From an uncultured Hyphomicrobiaceae bacterium (GTDB lineage: Bacteria > Pseudomonadota > Alphaproteobacteria > Rhizobiales > Hyphomicrobiaceae), in assembly GCA_964500805.1 (NCBI GenBank), contig CAZCQH010000032.1, forward strand, positions 1,706 to 65,705: a stretch of 64,000 nucleotides of DNA. Direction: 5' to 3'. The notes under the pieces were generated by a model. The model made no database searches, was not told where the DNA came from, and saw nothing but the letters and a program-made list of their open reading frames with translations. The position numbers and the translations under genes were made by a program. Numbering within the stretch: position 1 is the stretch's first letter; the number at the start of each line of letters is the position of its first letter. Of this stretch, positions 38,631 through 47,823 are shown piece by piece.

Positions 38631-39559
38631 AAGGGTCGAGGCGATCGCGCCGGAGCGCTGTTGCCGGCATAGCGGCCGCTGCCTTCGGACTGTTCGGTCT
38701 GCGGCACGCATGCGATCTGGCCCTTGCGCAGTCTCTAACGAGCAAGCCGAAGCCGCCGGCTGGCCTCGATCCTGGCGGCATTGCCGTCGCGCTGCTCGGA
38801 TCAGGCGTCGACTACCGCCGCCCCGACATTGCCAAGCGCCTGGCGCGCGACGGCGAAGGCGAGCTGATTGCCTGGGACATGATCGACAACGACGCGCGGC
38901 CGTTCGAGGCGCCGCAGCTGCCCGCGACGAGCGGCGCGATCGCGGTCCTGCAGCTGACCGGCACGAAAGCGGCGGAGGTCCTGCTCGCTGAGGCGCCCGG
39001 CAGCCGCCTCGTACCGGTGCGCATTGCCGACGACAGCATTCGGTCGCTCGGCGCCGCCTTGGCCTTCACGTCGCGGACGCCGGCGCGCGTGTCCGTTCTC
39101 CTCGCGGCCACACGCGAGGCGCCCTGGCCCGTTTTTGCCGAAGCGGCGCAGCGCGCGAAGCACCTGCTCGTCATCGCGCCGGCGGGCCGGCCCGCTGATC
39201 GTGCGGCGTGGGGTGCGTCTCGGGCGTCTGATGCCGCCATTGTGGTGACGGCGGTCCGCGAAGATGGCAGCGATTGGATCAGCGGTGACGACACGCCGGC
39301 TTGGGCCGACGTGGCGATCGCCGTCCCGACCGGCGCTGTGGACGCGACTGGCGGTGCGGCTCAGGCAGACCCCGCGGCATCGGTGGCTGCGGCCGAGGCT
39401 GTCGCCGCGCTGCGGCTGGCGGCGCTTGCGGCCCGCGTTCTCGCGCGCTCGCCTGGGCTCGATGGAGCAAGTCTGAAGGCGGTGCTGCTCGGTCTCGCCA
39501 AGCCGCGGGTGGCGGCGGGCGGAAAGGGCTGGATCGCGGATATCGGGCGGCTGCCATGA
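38627..39559 (+). CDS. exported hypothetical protein, possibly a degenerate subtilase (S8)-like fold
   Basis: The ATG overlaps the mobB stop. Signal-like N-terminus. GSGVDY..PDI..RL.RDGEGE.I.WD..D.D..P resembles an S8 Asp-region, but canonical Asp, His and Ser motifs are not visible. Confidence 0.45.
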   Translation: MKGSRRSRRSAVAGIAAAAFGLFGLRHACDLALAQSLTSKPKPPAGLDPGGIAVALLGSGVDYRRPDIAKRLARDGEGELIAWDMIDNDARPFEAPQLPATSGAIAVLQLTGTKAAEVLLAEAPGSRLVPVRIADDSIRSLGAALAFTSRTPARVSVLLAATREAPWPVFAEAAQRAKHLLVIAPAGRPADRAAWGASRASDAAIVVTAVREDGSDWISGDDTPAWADVAIAVPTGAVDATGGAAQADPAASVAAAEAVAALRLAALAARVLARSPGLDGASLKAVLLGLAKPRVAAGGKGWIADIGRLP

Positions 39560-39935
39560 GGCGGAGGTGCAAGCTCCCTGGCGGCGGCGCTGTCTCGAGT
39601 TCGAACGTAACCGGTTTACGTCCGGCTCGACTGTCCCGCGTGGCTTCTCCCACGGGACCAGCCATGCGTCTCGGCCAACATGGTTAACAGCGCCGCTCGT
39701 GCGCCAGCGGGTGCCGCGATGCCCTTTACGGACGGGGGTTGGGCTCGTCCCGCGTCCGTTAGATCTTCACGATGTCAAAGAGCGGCTCGGGCCTCTTGCG
39801 AGGTTCCGGGCGTTTCGCGGCGTGAGGTGACGGAGAGGTGGCTCCCCGTCGCCGCACACTGCGGAACACGGGGAGTATGAGGCCGCCCGGAGGTGTGGGG
39901 ATAAGTTTGCCGCGGAATCGCGCGTTAACCTGAAT

Positions 39936-39951
39936 AGATACAATTGTATCT
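39936..39951. repeat. perfect 16-bp palindrome AGATACAATTGTATCT
   Basis: Read directly from the sequence. Lies in an AT-richer patch of a 480-bp convergent non-coding region. Confidence 0.9.
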
Positions 39952-40039
39952 TTGATTCACGTGAAACATTGGGCTGGTGCCTGGGCCTCAGCCAGACTCC
40001 AATCGGACAGCGCGACTGCTCTTGCCATTGGCCATGGCC

Positions 40040-41668
40040 TCACGCCATCGCCTTCGCATCCTCCAGCAGCATGGCAGCGCCCTTCTCGGCGATCATCATG
40101 GTCGGCGCGTTGGTGTTGCCGGAAGAGATCGTCGGCATGACAGAGGCATCGATTACACGCAGGCCCTCGATGCCGCGCACCTTAAGGCGATGATCGACGA
40201 CGGCGAGGGCATCATTGCCCATCTTGCAGGTGGAGACCGGGTGGAAGATCGTCGTGCCGATGTCTCCCGCGGCCTTCGCCAGTGCTTCATCTCCATCGAT
40301 CGAGGGACCAGGGCGGAATTCCTCCGGCCGGTACTTCTGCAGCGCCGGCATCGAGATGATGCGCCGCGTGACGCGAATGGAATCGGCCGCAACGCGCCGG
40401 TCCTCCTCGGTCGCGAGATAGTTCGGCGCGATCTCCGGATGATCCTTCGGATCGGGCGTCCTGATGTGCACATGGCCACGGCTGGTTGGCCGCACATTGC
40501 ACACGCTCGCCGTGAACGCCGGAAAGGGATCGAGCGGCTCGCCGAACTTCGGCAAGGTCAGCGGCTGCACGTGATATTGGATGTTCGGCGTCTCGCGCGA
40601 TGGATCGGACTTGGTGAAGCAGCCGAGCTGTGACGGCGCCATCGTCATTGGCCCGCGCCGCTTCAAGGCGTATTCGAGCGCAAAGCCCGCCCGCTTGACC
40701 AGGCTCTGGTACTGCTCGTTCATCGTCGGCACGCCCGACACTTTATAGGCGCAGCGAATCTGCAGATGGTCCTGCAGGTTGCCGCCGACACCCGGATTGT
40801 CGTGCAGCACCGTGACGCCGGCTTTCTTGAGCACCTCGGCGGGTCCGATGCCCGAGAGCTGCAGGATTTGCGGCGACCCGATGGAGCCCGCTGCCAGAAT
40901 GGTCTCACGCCGCGCGTAGACCATGGCCGAAGCGCCGTTGCGCTTGTAGGCGACGCCGCGGGCGCGCCGCTGATCGAGGATCAGCCACTCGACGAACGCG
41001 TTGGTCTCGATCGTCAGGTTGCGGCGGTGGCGGACGGGATTGAGAAAGCCCTTCGCTGTGTTCCAGCGCACCCCCGATTTCTGGTTCACGTGAAAGTAGC
41101 CGCACCCTTCGTTGTTGCCGCGATTGAAGTTGTCGGTCTTCGGAATGCCGGCCTGATGCGCCGCCTCACGAAATGCGTTGAGGATCTCCCAGGAGATGCG
41201 CGGCTGCTCGATCCGCCACTCGCCGCCGCGCTCGTGCAAGCCGTCGAACGCCGACGGCTCGAGCGCCCATTGGTCCTCGTGGCGCTTGAAGTAGGGCAGC
41301 ACGTCCTCCCACGCCCAGCCGGGATTGCCCATCTGCCGCCAGAGATCGTAGTCGCGCGCCTGGCCGCGCATGTAGATCATGCCGTTGATCGACGAGCAGC
41401 CGCCGAGCACCTTGCCCCGCGGATAATTCAAAGCACGCCCGTTGAGTCCCGGCTCGGCGGCCGTCTGATAGCACCAGTCGGCGCGTGGATTGCCCATCAG
41501 GTAGAGATAGCCGACGGGGATATGAATCCAGTGATAGTTGTCCTTGCCGCCTGCTTCGAGCAACAGCACGCGCGTGTTCGGGTCCGCCGAGAGACGATTG
41601 GCGAGTAGGCAGCCGGCGGAACCCGCACCGACGATGATATAGTCGTAAGTCTGCCCGCTGTCTTGCAT
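40040..41668 (-). CDS. GMC family oxidoreductase (choline dehydrogenase-like)
   Basis: 542 aa. YDYIIVGAGSAGCLLANRLS FAD motif, GKVLGGCSSINGMIY, C-terminal GMC signature with active-site His region (IFHPVSTCKMG). Confidence 0.92.
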   Translation of the reverse strand: MQDSGQTYDYIIVGAGSAGCLLANRLSADPNTRVLLLEAGGKDNYHWIHIPVGYLYLMGNPRADWCYQTAAEPGLNGRALNYPRGKVLGGCSSINGMIYMRGQARDYDLWRQMGNPGWAWEDVLPYFKRHEDQWALEPSAFDGLHERGGEWRIEQPRISWEILNAFREAAHQAGIPKTDNFNRGNNEGCGYFHVNQKSGVRWNTAKGFLNPVRHRRNLTIETNAFVEWLILDQRRARGVAYKRNGASAMVYARRETILAAGSIGSPQILQLSGIGPAEVLKKAGVTVLHDNPGVGGNLQDHLQIRCAYKVSGVPTMNEQYQSLVKRAGFALEYALKRRGPMTMAPSQLGCFTKSDPSRETPNIQYHVQPLTLPKFGEPLDPFPAFTASVCNVRPTSRGHVHIRTPDPKDHPEIAPNYLATEEDRRVAADSIRVTRRIISMPALQKYRPEEFRPGPSIDGDEALAKAAGDIGTTIFHPVSTCKMGNDALAVVDHRLKVRGIEGLRVIDASVMPTISSGNTNAPTMMIAEKGAAMLLEDAKAMA

Positions 41669-41746
41669 CGTGGTCCCGCGCGCTGCGTATTGCTCTGCTG
41701 CTGCCAGTCATAGACGAAGCCATGGCGGTCTGTGAAGCAAGCGCTC

Positions 41747-42283
41747 TCAAAGCAATCGACCGAGCATCACGATCTCCTGGCCCGGCGCGCCGAGCGTTGC
41801 GAGGAGATCGAACCCCTGGCGCGCATAGAAGCTGCGATTGCGCGACGCCTTCGAGGTAACGACATGGACGCCGATGGCGCCGTTTTCGCGCGCATAGCCG
41901 GCGAAAGCTTCGACGAGACGGCCGCCGATGCCCTTGTTGCGTGCCTCAGGTGCGAGATTGATGTGCAGGTGGGCCGGATAGTGCCGGGTGAGCTGCGCGA
42001 GATCTTTGAAGTAGGCGATGTCGGCGAACCGCGGATCGTGAGCTGGATCATCCACCGAACCGATCACATAGCCGAGCAGGGTCCCGCGGCTGTCCACTGC
42101 GACGAACGTGCCCTCGGGGTAATGCGCGAGAAACCGTCCAAGCCAGCGCTCGCGAAAGGCCGCGCGGGTTGCCGCGTCGGCAAACGACTGCGTCGCGCTG
42201 GCGGCAAAGAATATCCCCTCCATCGCCGCTTCGGCAGCAACAGGATTGCGAACGCGAGCAAAGGGAAGGATCGAGGCTGTCAT
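41747..42283 (-). CDS. GNAT family N-acetyltransferase
   Basis: Acetyl-CoA motif region ARNKGIGGRLVEAF. Start taken at MTASIL, since the longer track ORF would run into the inverted repeat. Confidence 0.75.
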   Translation of the reverse strand: MTASILPFARVRNPVAAEAAMEGIFFAASATQSFADAATRAAFRERWLGRFLAHYPEGTFVAVDSRGTLLGYVIGSVDDPAHDPRFADIAYFKDLAQLTRHYPAHLHINLAPEARNKGIGGRLVEAFAGYARENGAIGVHVVTSKASRNRSFYARQGFDLLATLGAPGQEIVMLGRLL

Positions 42284-42307
42284 CGTCCAGCGACGATGCG
42301 CCACCAT

Positions 42308-42475
42308 GCCGTAGGGTGCAATAGCGCGAAATCGTCCTTTCCCCTTGTGCAAGCCTCAAACGCGCGTATTGCACCGATCCGCGGCAATGAGCGTCGGTGT
42401 CCGGGATCGGTGCAATACGCGCGGTGGCGGCCGTGCGCGGTGCGATGCCCGTTTCGCGCTATTGCACCCTACGGC
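42308..42475. repeat. 168-bp nested double inverted repeat
   Basis: Outer arms are 24/24 bp perfect: GCCGTAGGGTGCAATAGCGCGAAA at 42308-42331 and its reverse complement at 42452-42475. Inner arms are 20/20 bp: CGCGCGTATTGCACCGATCC at 42361-42380 and its reverse complement at 42403-42422. All four arms share the core GGTGCAATA(G/C)(C/G)GCG. Confidence 0.9.
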
Positions 42476-42526
42476 GCTTTGGTTATGAGTCGAGCGACCG
42501 ACAGACACTGCGAGTTGGCCTGCAAA

Positions 42527-43414
42527 ATGGCAATATGGGACTGCTTCACCTTCTTCAACGAGCTCGACATTCTCGAGCTCAGGCTGGCGGAGCTTTATCC
42601 CGTGGTCGATCGCTTCGTCATAGCGGAAGCCACGCGAACGTTCTCCTACGAGGAAAAGCCGCTGCACTTCGCCGACAACCGCGAGCGCTTCAAACCCTGG
42701 GCCGATAAGATCGTCCATGTCGTGATCGACGATCTCCCCGCCGAAGGTGATGCGTGGGATCGCGAGGCCTTTCAGCGCAACGCCGCCGCGCGCGGTCTTG
42801 CCGAGGCCAGGCCCGACGACATCGTGATGATCTCCGATGTCGACGAGATCCCGTTTCCCGAGCATATCGCCAAGCTCAGTCCTGAAACCGTCGCCGGCCA
42901 CATCTGGTTCATCGAGTGCGACTACTACACCTACAAGCTGAACCTCGCGATCAACAACAAGTGGGTGGGCTTGTGCGCCATCCGGGCGCTGCAGAAGAAG
43001 CACATGCCCCCGTTGCAGCAGTTGCGCGCCTTCCGCGCCCGCCAGAGCCGCAGCCTGCCGTTTGCAGTCAATCAGGCGATCAATGTCGCGAAGAACGTAT
43101 TCCGCATCGGGCGACCACTGACGCACCGCCTGATCGAGCATGGCGGCTGGCATTTCACGTTTATGAACACGCCGGAGAAGATCCAGTACAAGATCAAGAG
43201 TTACGCGCATCAGGAGCGCAACACGCCGGAGTTCAACAACCTGCAGAACATCCAGCGCATGATCGTCGAGGGCCGCAGCATCTGCGGGCGAACACTTCGC
43301 TTGGCGCCGATGGAGGAGATGCCGAGGACGGTGCGCGGCGCACCCGGCCGCTGGCGTCACCTGCTGCACGATGGTCCCGCGCCAGGCAGCGCTGCCCGCC
43401 ACGCGGCAGAGTAG
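42527..43414 (+). CDS. glycosyltransferase family 17 (beta-1,4-GlcNAc-transferase-like) protein
   Basis: IWDCFTFFNELDILELRL.EL...VD.FVI.E...TF....KPL.F and ISDVDEIP motifs are typical of GT17. Confidence 0.75.
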   Translation: MAIWDCFTFFNELDILELRLAELYPVVDRFVIAEATRTFSYEEKPLHFADNRERFKPWADKIVHVVIDDLPAEGDAWDREAFQRNAAARGLAEARPDDIVMISDVDEIPFPEHIAKLSPETVAGHIWFIECDYYTYKLNLAINNKWVGLCAIRALQKKHMPPLQQLRAFRARQSRSLPFAVNQAINVAKNVFRIGRPLTHRLIEHGGWHFTFMNTPEKIQYKIKSYAHQERNTPEFNNLQNIQRMIVEGRSICGRTLRLAPMEEMPRTVRGAPGRWRHLLHDGPAPGSAARHAAE

Positions 43415-43447
43415 GGCGATCGTGCGTCTTCGCGCAGTGCGCTGGTC

Positions 43448-44287
43448 TCAACTGGCGCTGCCGCCACTGTGCACCAGTTCGATTCGCTGCGTCTCCGGCA
43501 GGTCGATGCCGACGCTCAACAGTGCGCTCCGTGCCGACAGAGCCACACGATCGGTCATGGCGAGCACGTTGGCCTGCGGCGGATGCACCCAGAAGTAGAG
43601 CGTGATGTCCGCCGAAAGCTCGCCCATGCGCGTGACATAGACCCAAGGTCCTGGATCATCGAGAACGCCGTCGATCGATGGAAGGCGGTCCCGCAAGGTC
43701 CGCAAGGCAAGCTCGAGGTCCTGGTCGTATCCGATGCCGAGCGTGATCTCGACGCGCCGGCTCTCGAGTGCGGTGCGCACCAGCACTGCATTGGAATAGA
43801 CTTCGCTGTTGGGCACGATCACACGCTCACCTTGGTAGGTGCGGATGTAGGTCGAGCGCACTCGGATTTCCTCGACCGTCCCCTCAAAGCCGCGCGTCTG
43901 GATCTCGTCGCCTGGTGTAAAGGGCCGCCGCCAGAGGATCAGAAGCCCGGCAAGAAAATTCTGCAGAATATCCTTGAACGCAAATCCGATTGCGACCGAC
44001 GTGATGCCGAGACCTGCAACGAGGTCCCCGGGTTTGAAAGCAGGAAAGACGACGACGGCTCCAACCAGCAGTCCCAACAGAAAAATGGCGCCCGATGTCA
44101 GTTGGCCAAGTGCCACGGCAAGGGCAGCGTCGCCGTTTCTCAGCCGGATCGCATATCTCACCGCCCGCGATGCGAGCCGCGCGAGTGCGGCGAAGATCAG
44201 AACGACAAGCAACGCGACGAGGATGTAGGGAGTGCGCGCCACCATCCCCTCCCACATGCCGATCAATGTCTGCCAGAACACCTCCAA
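43448..44287 (-). CDS. mechanosensitive ion channel family protein (MscS-like)
   Basis: 3 TM segments followed by the conserved beta-domain pattern (PF..GD.I...G..G.VEEI..R.T.IRT..G..V.VPN). Confidence 0.9.
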   Translation of the reverse strand: MEVFWQTLIGMWEGMVARTPYILVALLVVLIFAALARLASRAVRYAIRLRNGDAALAVALGQLTSGAIFLLGLLVGAVVVFPAFKPGDLVAGLGITSVAIGFAFKDILQNFLAGLLILWRRPFTPGDEIQTRGFEGTVEEIRVRSTYIRTYQGERVIVPNSEVYSNAVLVRTALESRRVEITLGIGYDQDLELALRTLRDRLPSIDGVLDDPGPWVYVTRMGELSADITLYFWVHPPQANVLAMTDRVALSARSALLSVGIDLPETQRIELVHSGGSAS

Positions 44288-44302
44288 CCGACACCTCGCT
44301 TT

Positions 44303-45700
44303 TCACACCTCAGATCCGAAGGTCCGAGCGCGGTCCCCACCGCGGTGCAGGGCCGGCTCGCCGGATGCGATGGCTTGCCGCGTGCGTTCCAGCCGGTCGC
44401 GCACCATCGCAAGATCACTCGCCTCTGATATGCTGGAACTGGCGAGATGCCCGATCCGCTCGGATTGGTCGGCGAGCGCTTTTCTGCGTTCATCAGGCGT
44501 GACGTTGAGAGCGAGAATTTCCAGCGATTCGAGTTGACCCAAGAGAATCGCCACATTGCCGGAGCCATTTTGGCGAATCTGATCGAACGCGAGGGCGAGC
44601 ACATCTGCGAAGTCGGGGTGCCGTCCGAAAATTCGTAGCTTGCCCTCATGATAATGCTTCGGGACGACCAGGGCCCTGTCGGCGATGTGCACGAGAATTG
44701 CACACAGATAGTGCACAGCCGTTGCAGCGGTGGTCGTGTCGTTGATGCCGGGCGACAGAGCTTTGATGGCCGTGTCGACGATCTGGCGTATGCCGAACGC
44801 GGGATCTTGCTCAACCGTGCGGAAATTGCCGAGACCGAAGCAAGAGGCGACCACGCGGCTGATGGAAGCGTCGTCAGTTCTGCGCTTGCTGGTATCAGTT
44901 CCGATCCAGGCGATTGGCAGGCCTGATATCACGAAATGCCCGGGCCCGTGCTCAATTCGGACAACGATGTCATGCTCAGCAGATGCCCGCAGCAGGGGTT
45001 CGATCTCGACAGTCTGCACATAGCCGGTCGAGGGCGCCGGAACGGGTTCCCAATGGGTGATGGTGTCCTGAACGGACTTGCGCGTTGCGGCCTCTTCTTG
45101 GGCTTTCCGCGCTTCGGGAAAATGTTCTTCCAGCGCTTTGATCGTTTCCTCAGCCACGTCCGCAATGATCTTGGAAGCCTGCAGCGATCGCGCGACGTGA
45201 TGAATGAAATAGACCAGCAGAGCAGTGCCTGCGACAGCATGCAGAAAAGCAACCCAGATCGAGATGCTCGGCACGAATGCGCCGGTTGCCTCGTCGTCGA
45301 CGCGAATCGTACGCAGGACCGTCAAGCAGTAGACATAGATGCCTGCGAACGAGCCGAGCACGATCTGGTTTGAGCGGTCGCGCATGAAGTTGCGCAGGAT
45401 GCGGGGCGTGTATTGCTGGGATGCCTGGCTCAGCGCTGCGATCGTGATCGAGAAGGTGACGCCGGCCACGGTGATCATCGACGACGCGATTGCCGACACC
45501 ATCTCGCGAGCCCCTTCAGCACCCACCCCGAAAAGAAGCGGCCACTGATCAGTCCAGCTCGAGCCGAGCTGCACATCAATCCAGATTGTAAGCAATGCGA
45601 GAAGAGCCGAGCCAGCAACCAGCGACCCCGGCACGAACCAGAGGCTGGAATGCAGGATGATCCAAAGCTGCTGCAGTCGGCGAGGATGGGGAAATGTCAA
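44303..45700 (-). CDS. DUF2254 domain-containing membrane protein
   Basis: 465 aa. The N-terminal 4-TM region with LWF.P and soluble C-terminal domain resemble DUF2254 from memory. Confidence 0.65.
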   Translation of the reverse strand: MTFPHPRRLQQLWIILHSSLWFVPGSLVAGSALLALLTIWIDVQLGSSWTDQWPLLFGVGAEGAREMVSAIASSMITVAGVTFSITIAALSQASQQYTPRILRNFMRDRSNQIVLGSFAGIYVYCLTVLRTIRVDDEATGAFVPSISIWVAFLHAVAGTALLVYFIHHVARSLQASKIIADVAEETIKALEEHFPEARKAQEEAATRKSVQDTITHWEPVPAPSTGYVQTVEIEPLLRASAEHDIVVRIEHGPGHFVISGLPIAWIGTDTSKRRTDDASISRVVASCFGLGNFRTVEQDPAFGIRQIVDTAIKALSPGINDTTTAATAVHYLCAILVHIADRALVVPKHYHEGKLRIFGRHPDFADVLALAFDQIRQNGSGNVAILLGQLESLEILALNVTPDERRKALADQSERIGHLASSSISEASDLAMVRDRLERTRQAIASGEPALHRGGDRARTFGSEV

Positions 45701-45952
45701 ATGCTTGCCCGTGCGTAATGGGAGATCGCCCCGCAGACCGGAGCAACGCCGCCGGAAAAGGTTAGTTCCAATCTCGAGGCGCGCACCGATGTGAGGCTGT
45801 GTCCAAGACCCGCGCGAAGCTTGCTTGATGCGTATCGGGTCAATTCGAGCTTATGATCACGGCGAAGCACCAACCGCTACAGCGCGGGCAGGCCGCAGGT
45901 ACGGCGTGCCGCCGCGTTCTCGATTGCTGCATCACGCGAGGAGCATTTGCCC

Positions 45953-46714
45953 ATGTCCAGCACAGTCCTGTTTGCCAAAGGCAACTACCGCACCATTCCC
46001 GCAGTGTTCCAGTACTCGGGCGGCGCGGCCGCGGAGCCCGGCTTTGCCATCGAGCGCGTTACGTTCCGCAACTGGCTGCCGCTCGCGGAAGGGTTCCAGC
46101 GCGTCGAGGCCTATCTGAAGGCCATCGGCCGGCCGCTGACTGCGTTCTGCGCGTGCGAGCTGCGATCGCCGGGCCAATTCTCCGAAGCCGGCTTCATCGC
46201 CTTCAACCAGCACTACTGCGAGACGCTCGCGCGCTGGGGGATCTACGATCCGGCGACCAAGTTCAATCCGGTCGCGCGCTCAAACGTGTGTCCGCTGCTC
46301 GACGCGCCGCCCGAGCCCGGGTTCTACGCGTTCTCCTATACGGTGCCCTCACAGTCGAAGCAGCCGTCTTTCGTCATCTCCGGCAGCGGTGAAGCACCTG
46401 AGGGCAAAGGCGCCTATGGCAAGTTCATCGTGCGGCGCGGCGAGACGACGCCCGATGCCATGGCAGAGAAGGCCCGAGCGGTGCTGGGCGAAATGGAGCG
46501 GCGCATGGGACTCTTCGGCTTCGGTTGGAAGGACACGACGGCAGCGCACATCTACACGGTGCATGACATCGGCTCGTTCCTTGGGTCCGAGATCGTGAGC
46601 CGTGGGGCGGCGAAAAACGGCGCCATCTGGCATCTGGCGCGTCCGCCTGTGGTGGAGCTCGAGTACGAGATGGATTGCCGCTCCGTGGAGATCGAACGCC
46701 AGCTCGCCATATGA
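45953..46714 (+). CDS. conserved hypothetical protein
   Basis: GAGGAG 9 nt upstream of the ATG and well-biased codons. Function not recognised; any RidA/endoribonuclease-like relationship would be speculation. Confidence 0.5.
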   Translation: MSSTVLFAKGNYRTIPAVFQYSGGAAAEPGFAIERVTFRNWLPLAEGFQRVEAYLKAIGRPLTAFCACELRSPGQFSEAGFIAFNQHYCETLARWGIYDPATKFNPVARSNVCPLLDAPPEPGFYAFSYTVPSQSKQPSFVISGSGEAPEGKGAYGKFIVRRGETTPDAMAEKARAVLGEMERRMGLFGFGWKDTTAAHIYTVHDIGSFLGSEIVSRGAAKNGAIWHLARPPVVELEYEMDCRSVEIERQLAI

Positions 46715-46727
46715 CACCCGTGCAGAG

Positions 46728-47537
46728 CTACGGCGCTCGCAATCGTAAGATCTCGAGTGGGCCGAGCTCGTGGTTGACAAGCGCTCTTCTGAACAGCGGC
46801 CGCCGCGGACGCGGTCGATAGGAGCGGTCTGGCTTGTCGTCCTCCTCCTGCGCGACCGCCCGAGCCCTGCGTGATGCCGACTCCGCCGCTGCTGAGCGCT
46901 CAGGCCGAGGTGCGGGCGGCAAAGCGGAAGAGGCTGACGAGGCAAGCCCGGGCGCGGCTCGTGAAAAATTGCCGCCGGGTTCGATCTGCCGGTTTCCTCC
47001 ATTGATGTCGGCGCGCACCTCGTCGGAGGGCGCGGAAGACGCGCCAGCGGGCACATTGGCCGAGGTGGATAGCTCGGGCGGTGCGGATCGGAGCGGACGA
47101 AGCTCGACCACAGGCAGCGTCGTAATAATCGCCGCCGATGATCGAGGCCGATCGGAGGCACCACGCGCTTGCGTGCCCGGCGGCGCTGTCCCAGGTTTGG
47201 ACCGCGAGCGGTCGGGCGGCGTCTCCGCGACAAATCCGGCGACGGCAGGCGCGGAGGTGGCCGTCGTAGCATCAGTGCGGTCGGTGCCCGATGAGCTCAT
47301 GCGCGAGGCCAGCCCTCGGGCGGCCTCCAGTGTCGCCGCGTCCCGGGGGGTCTGAGGTCGTGTTCCCGGCCATTGATAAGCCCGCCAGCCGCCGGTGAGC
47401 GAGAACGGCTCAGTCACATCCGTGTTGGGCACACGATCGGCGCCTCGCTGTCGCCAGTGCAGCGCGAAGACGGCGATCAGCGCCATCCCGAACAGGGACG
47501 TCAACACTCCGAAGCTCAGCTTCCAGCGGGCGCTCAT
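46728..47537 (-). CDS. membrane-anchored Pro/Ala/Ser/Arg-rich (disordered) hypothetical protein
   Basis: N-terminal TM segment (WKLSFGVLTSLFGMALIAVFALHW), GC3-rich frame, low-complexity remainder. Competing overlapping ORFs exist. Confidence 0.4.
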   Translation of the reverse strand: MSARWKLSFGVLTSLFGMALIAVFALHWRQRGADRVPNTDVTEPFSLTGGWRAYQWPGTRPQTPRDAATLEAARGLASRMSSSGTDRTDATTATSAPAVAGFVAETPPDRSRSKPGTAPPGTQARGASDRPRSSAAIITTLPVVELRPLRSAPPELSTSANVPAGASSAPSDEVRADINGGNRQIEPGGNFSRAAPGLASSASSALPPAPRPERSAAAESASRRARAVAQEEDDKPDRSYRPRPRRPLFRRALVNHELGPLEILRLRAP

Positions 47538-47823
47538 ATCCGACGGCGGAGGGCTAGGCGGCAGCGCCAAAGGCAGTACGAGCAGCGTCTCGCCGGGATC
47601 AATCGAAAGTCGAATCAGTTGGCTTGACAGCTTAACGTGAGTGCGCCTCGCGGCCAAGATGCTGATTCAAATTAAAAATATCTTGCCTGGAAGGGGCCCA
47701 GGCGGCCGTTCTCCCCGTTCTGCGTCCACGTCGCATCAGGTGCGGCAACATTGCACAGCTGCCGCGCGTGAGGCATAGTTGTGCGACCGAGCTTTGGAAG
47801 AACGCAGTCGGCCGGGAGGGTCG

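Noticed and set aside
41732-42526. 5' part of the 560-aa plus-strand ORF 41732-43414
   Set aside because: Only the segment from 42527 (MAIWDCFTFFNELD) has GT17 character. The upstream part is antisense to the GNAT gene and reads through the nested inverted repeat.
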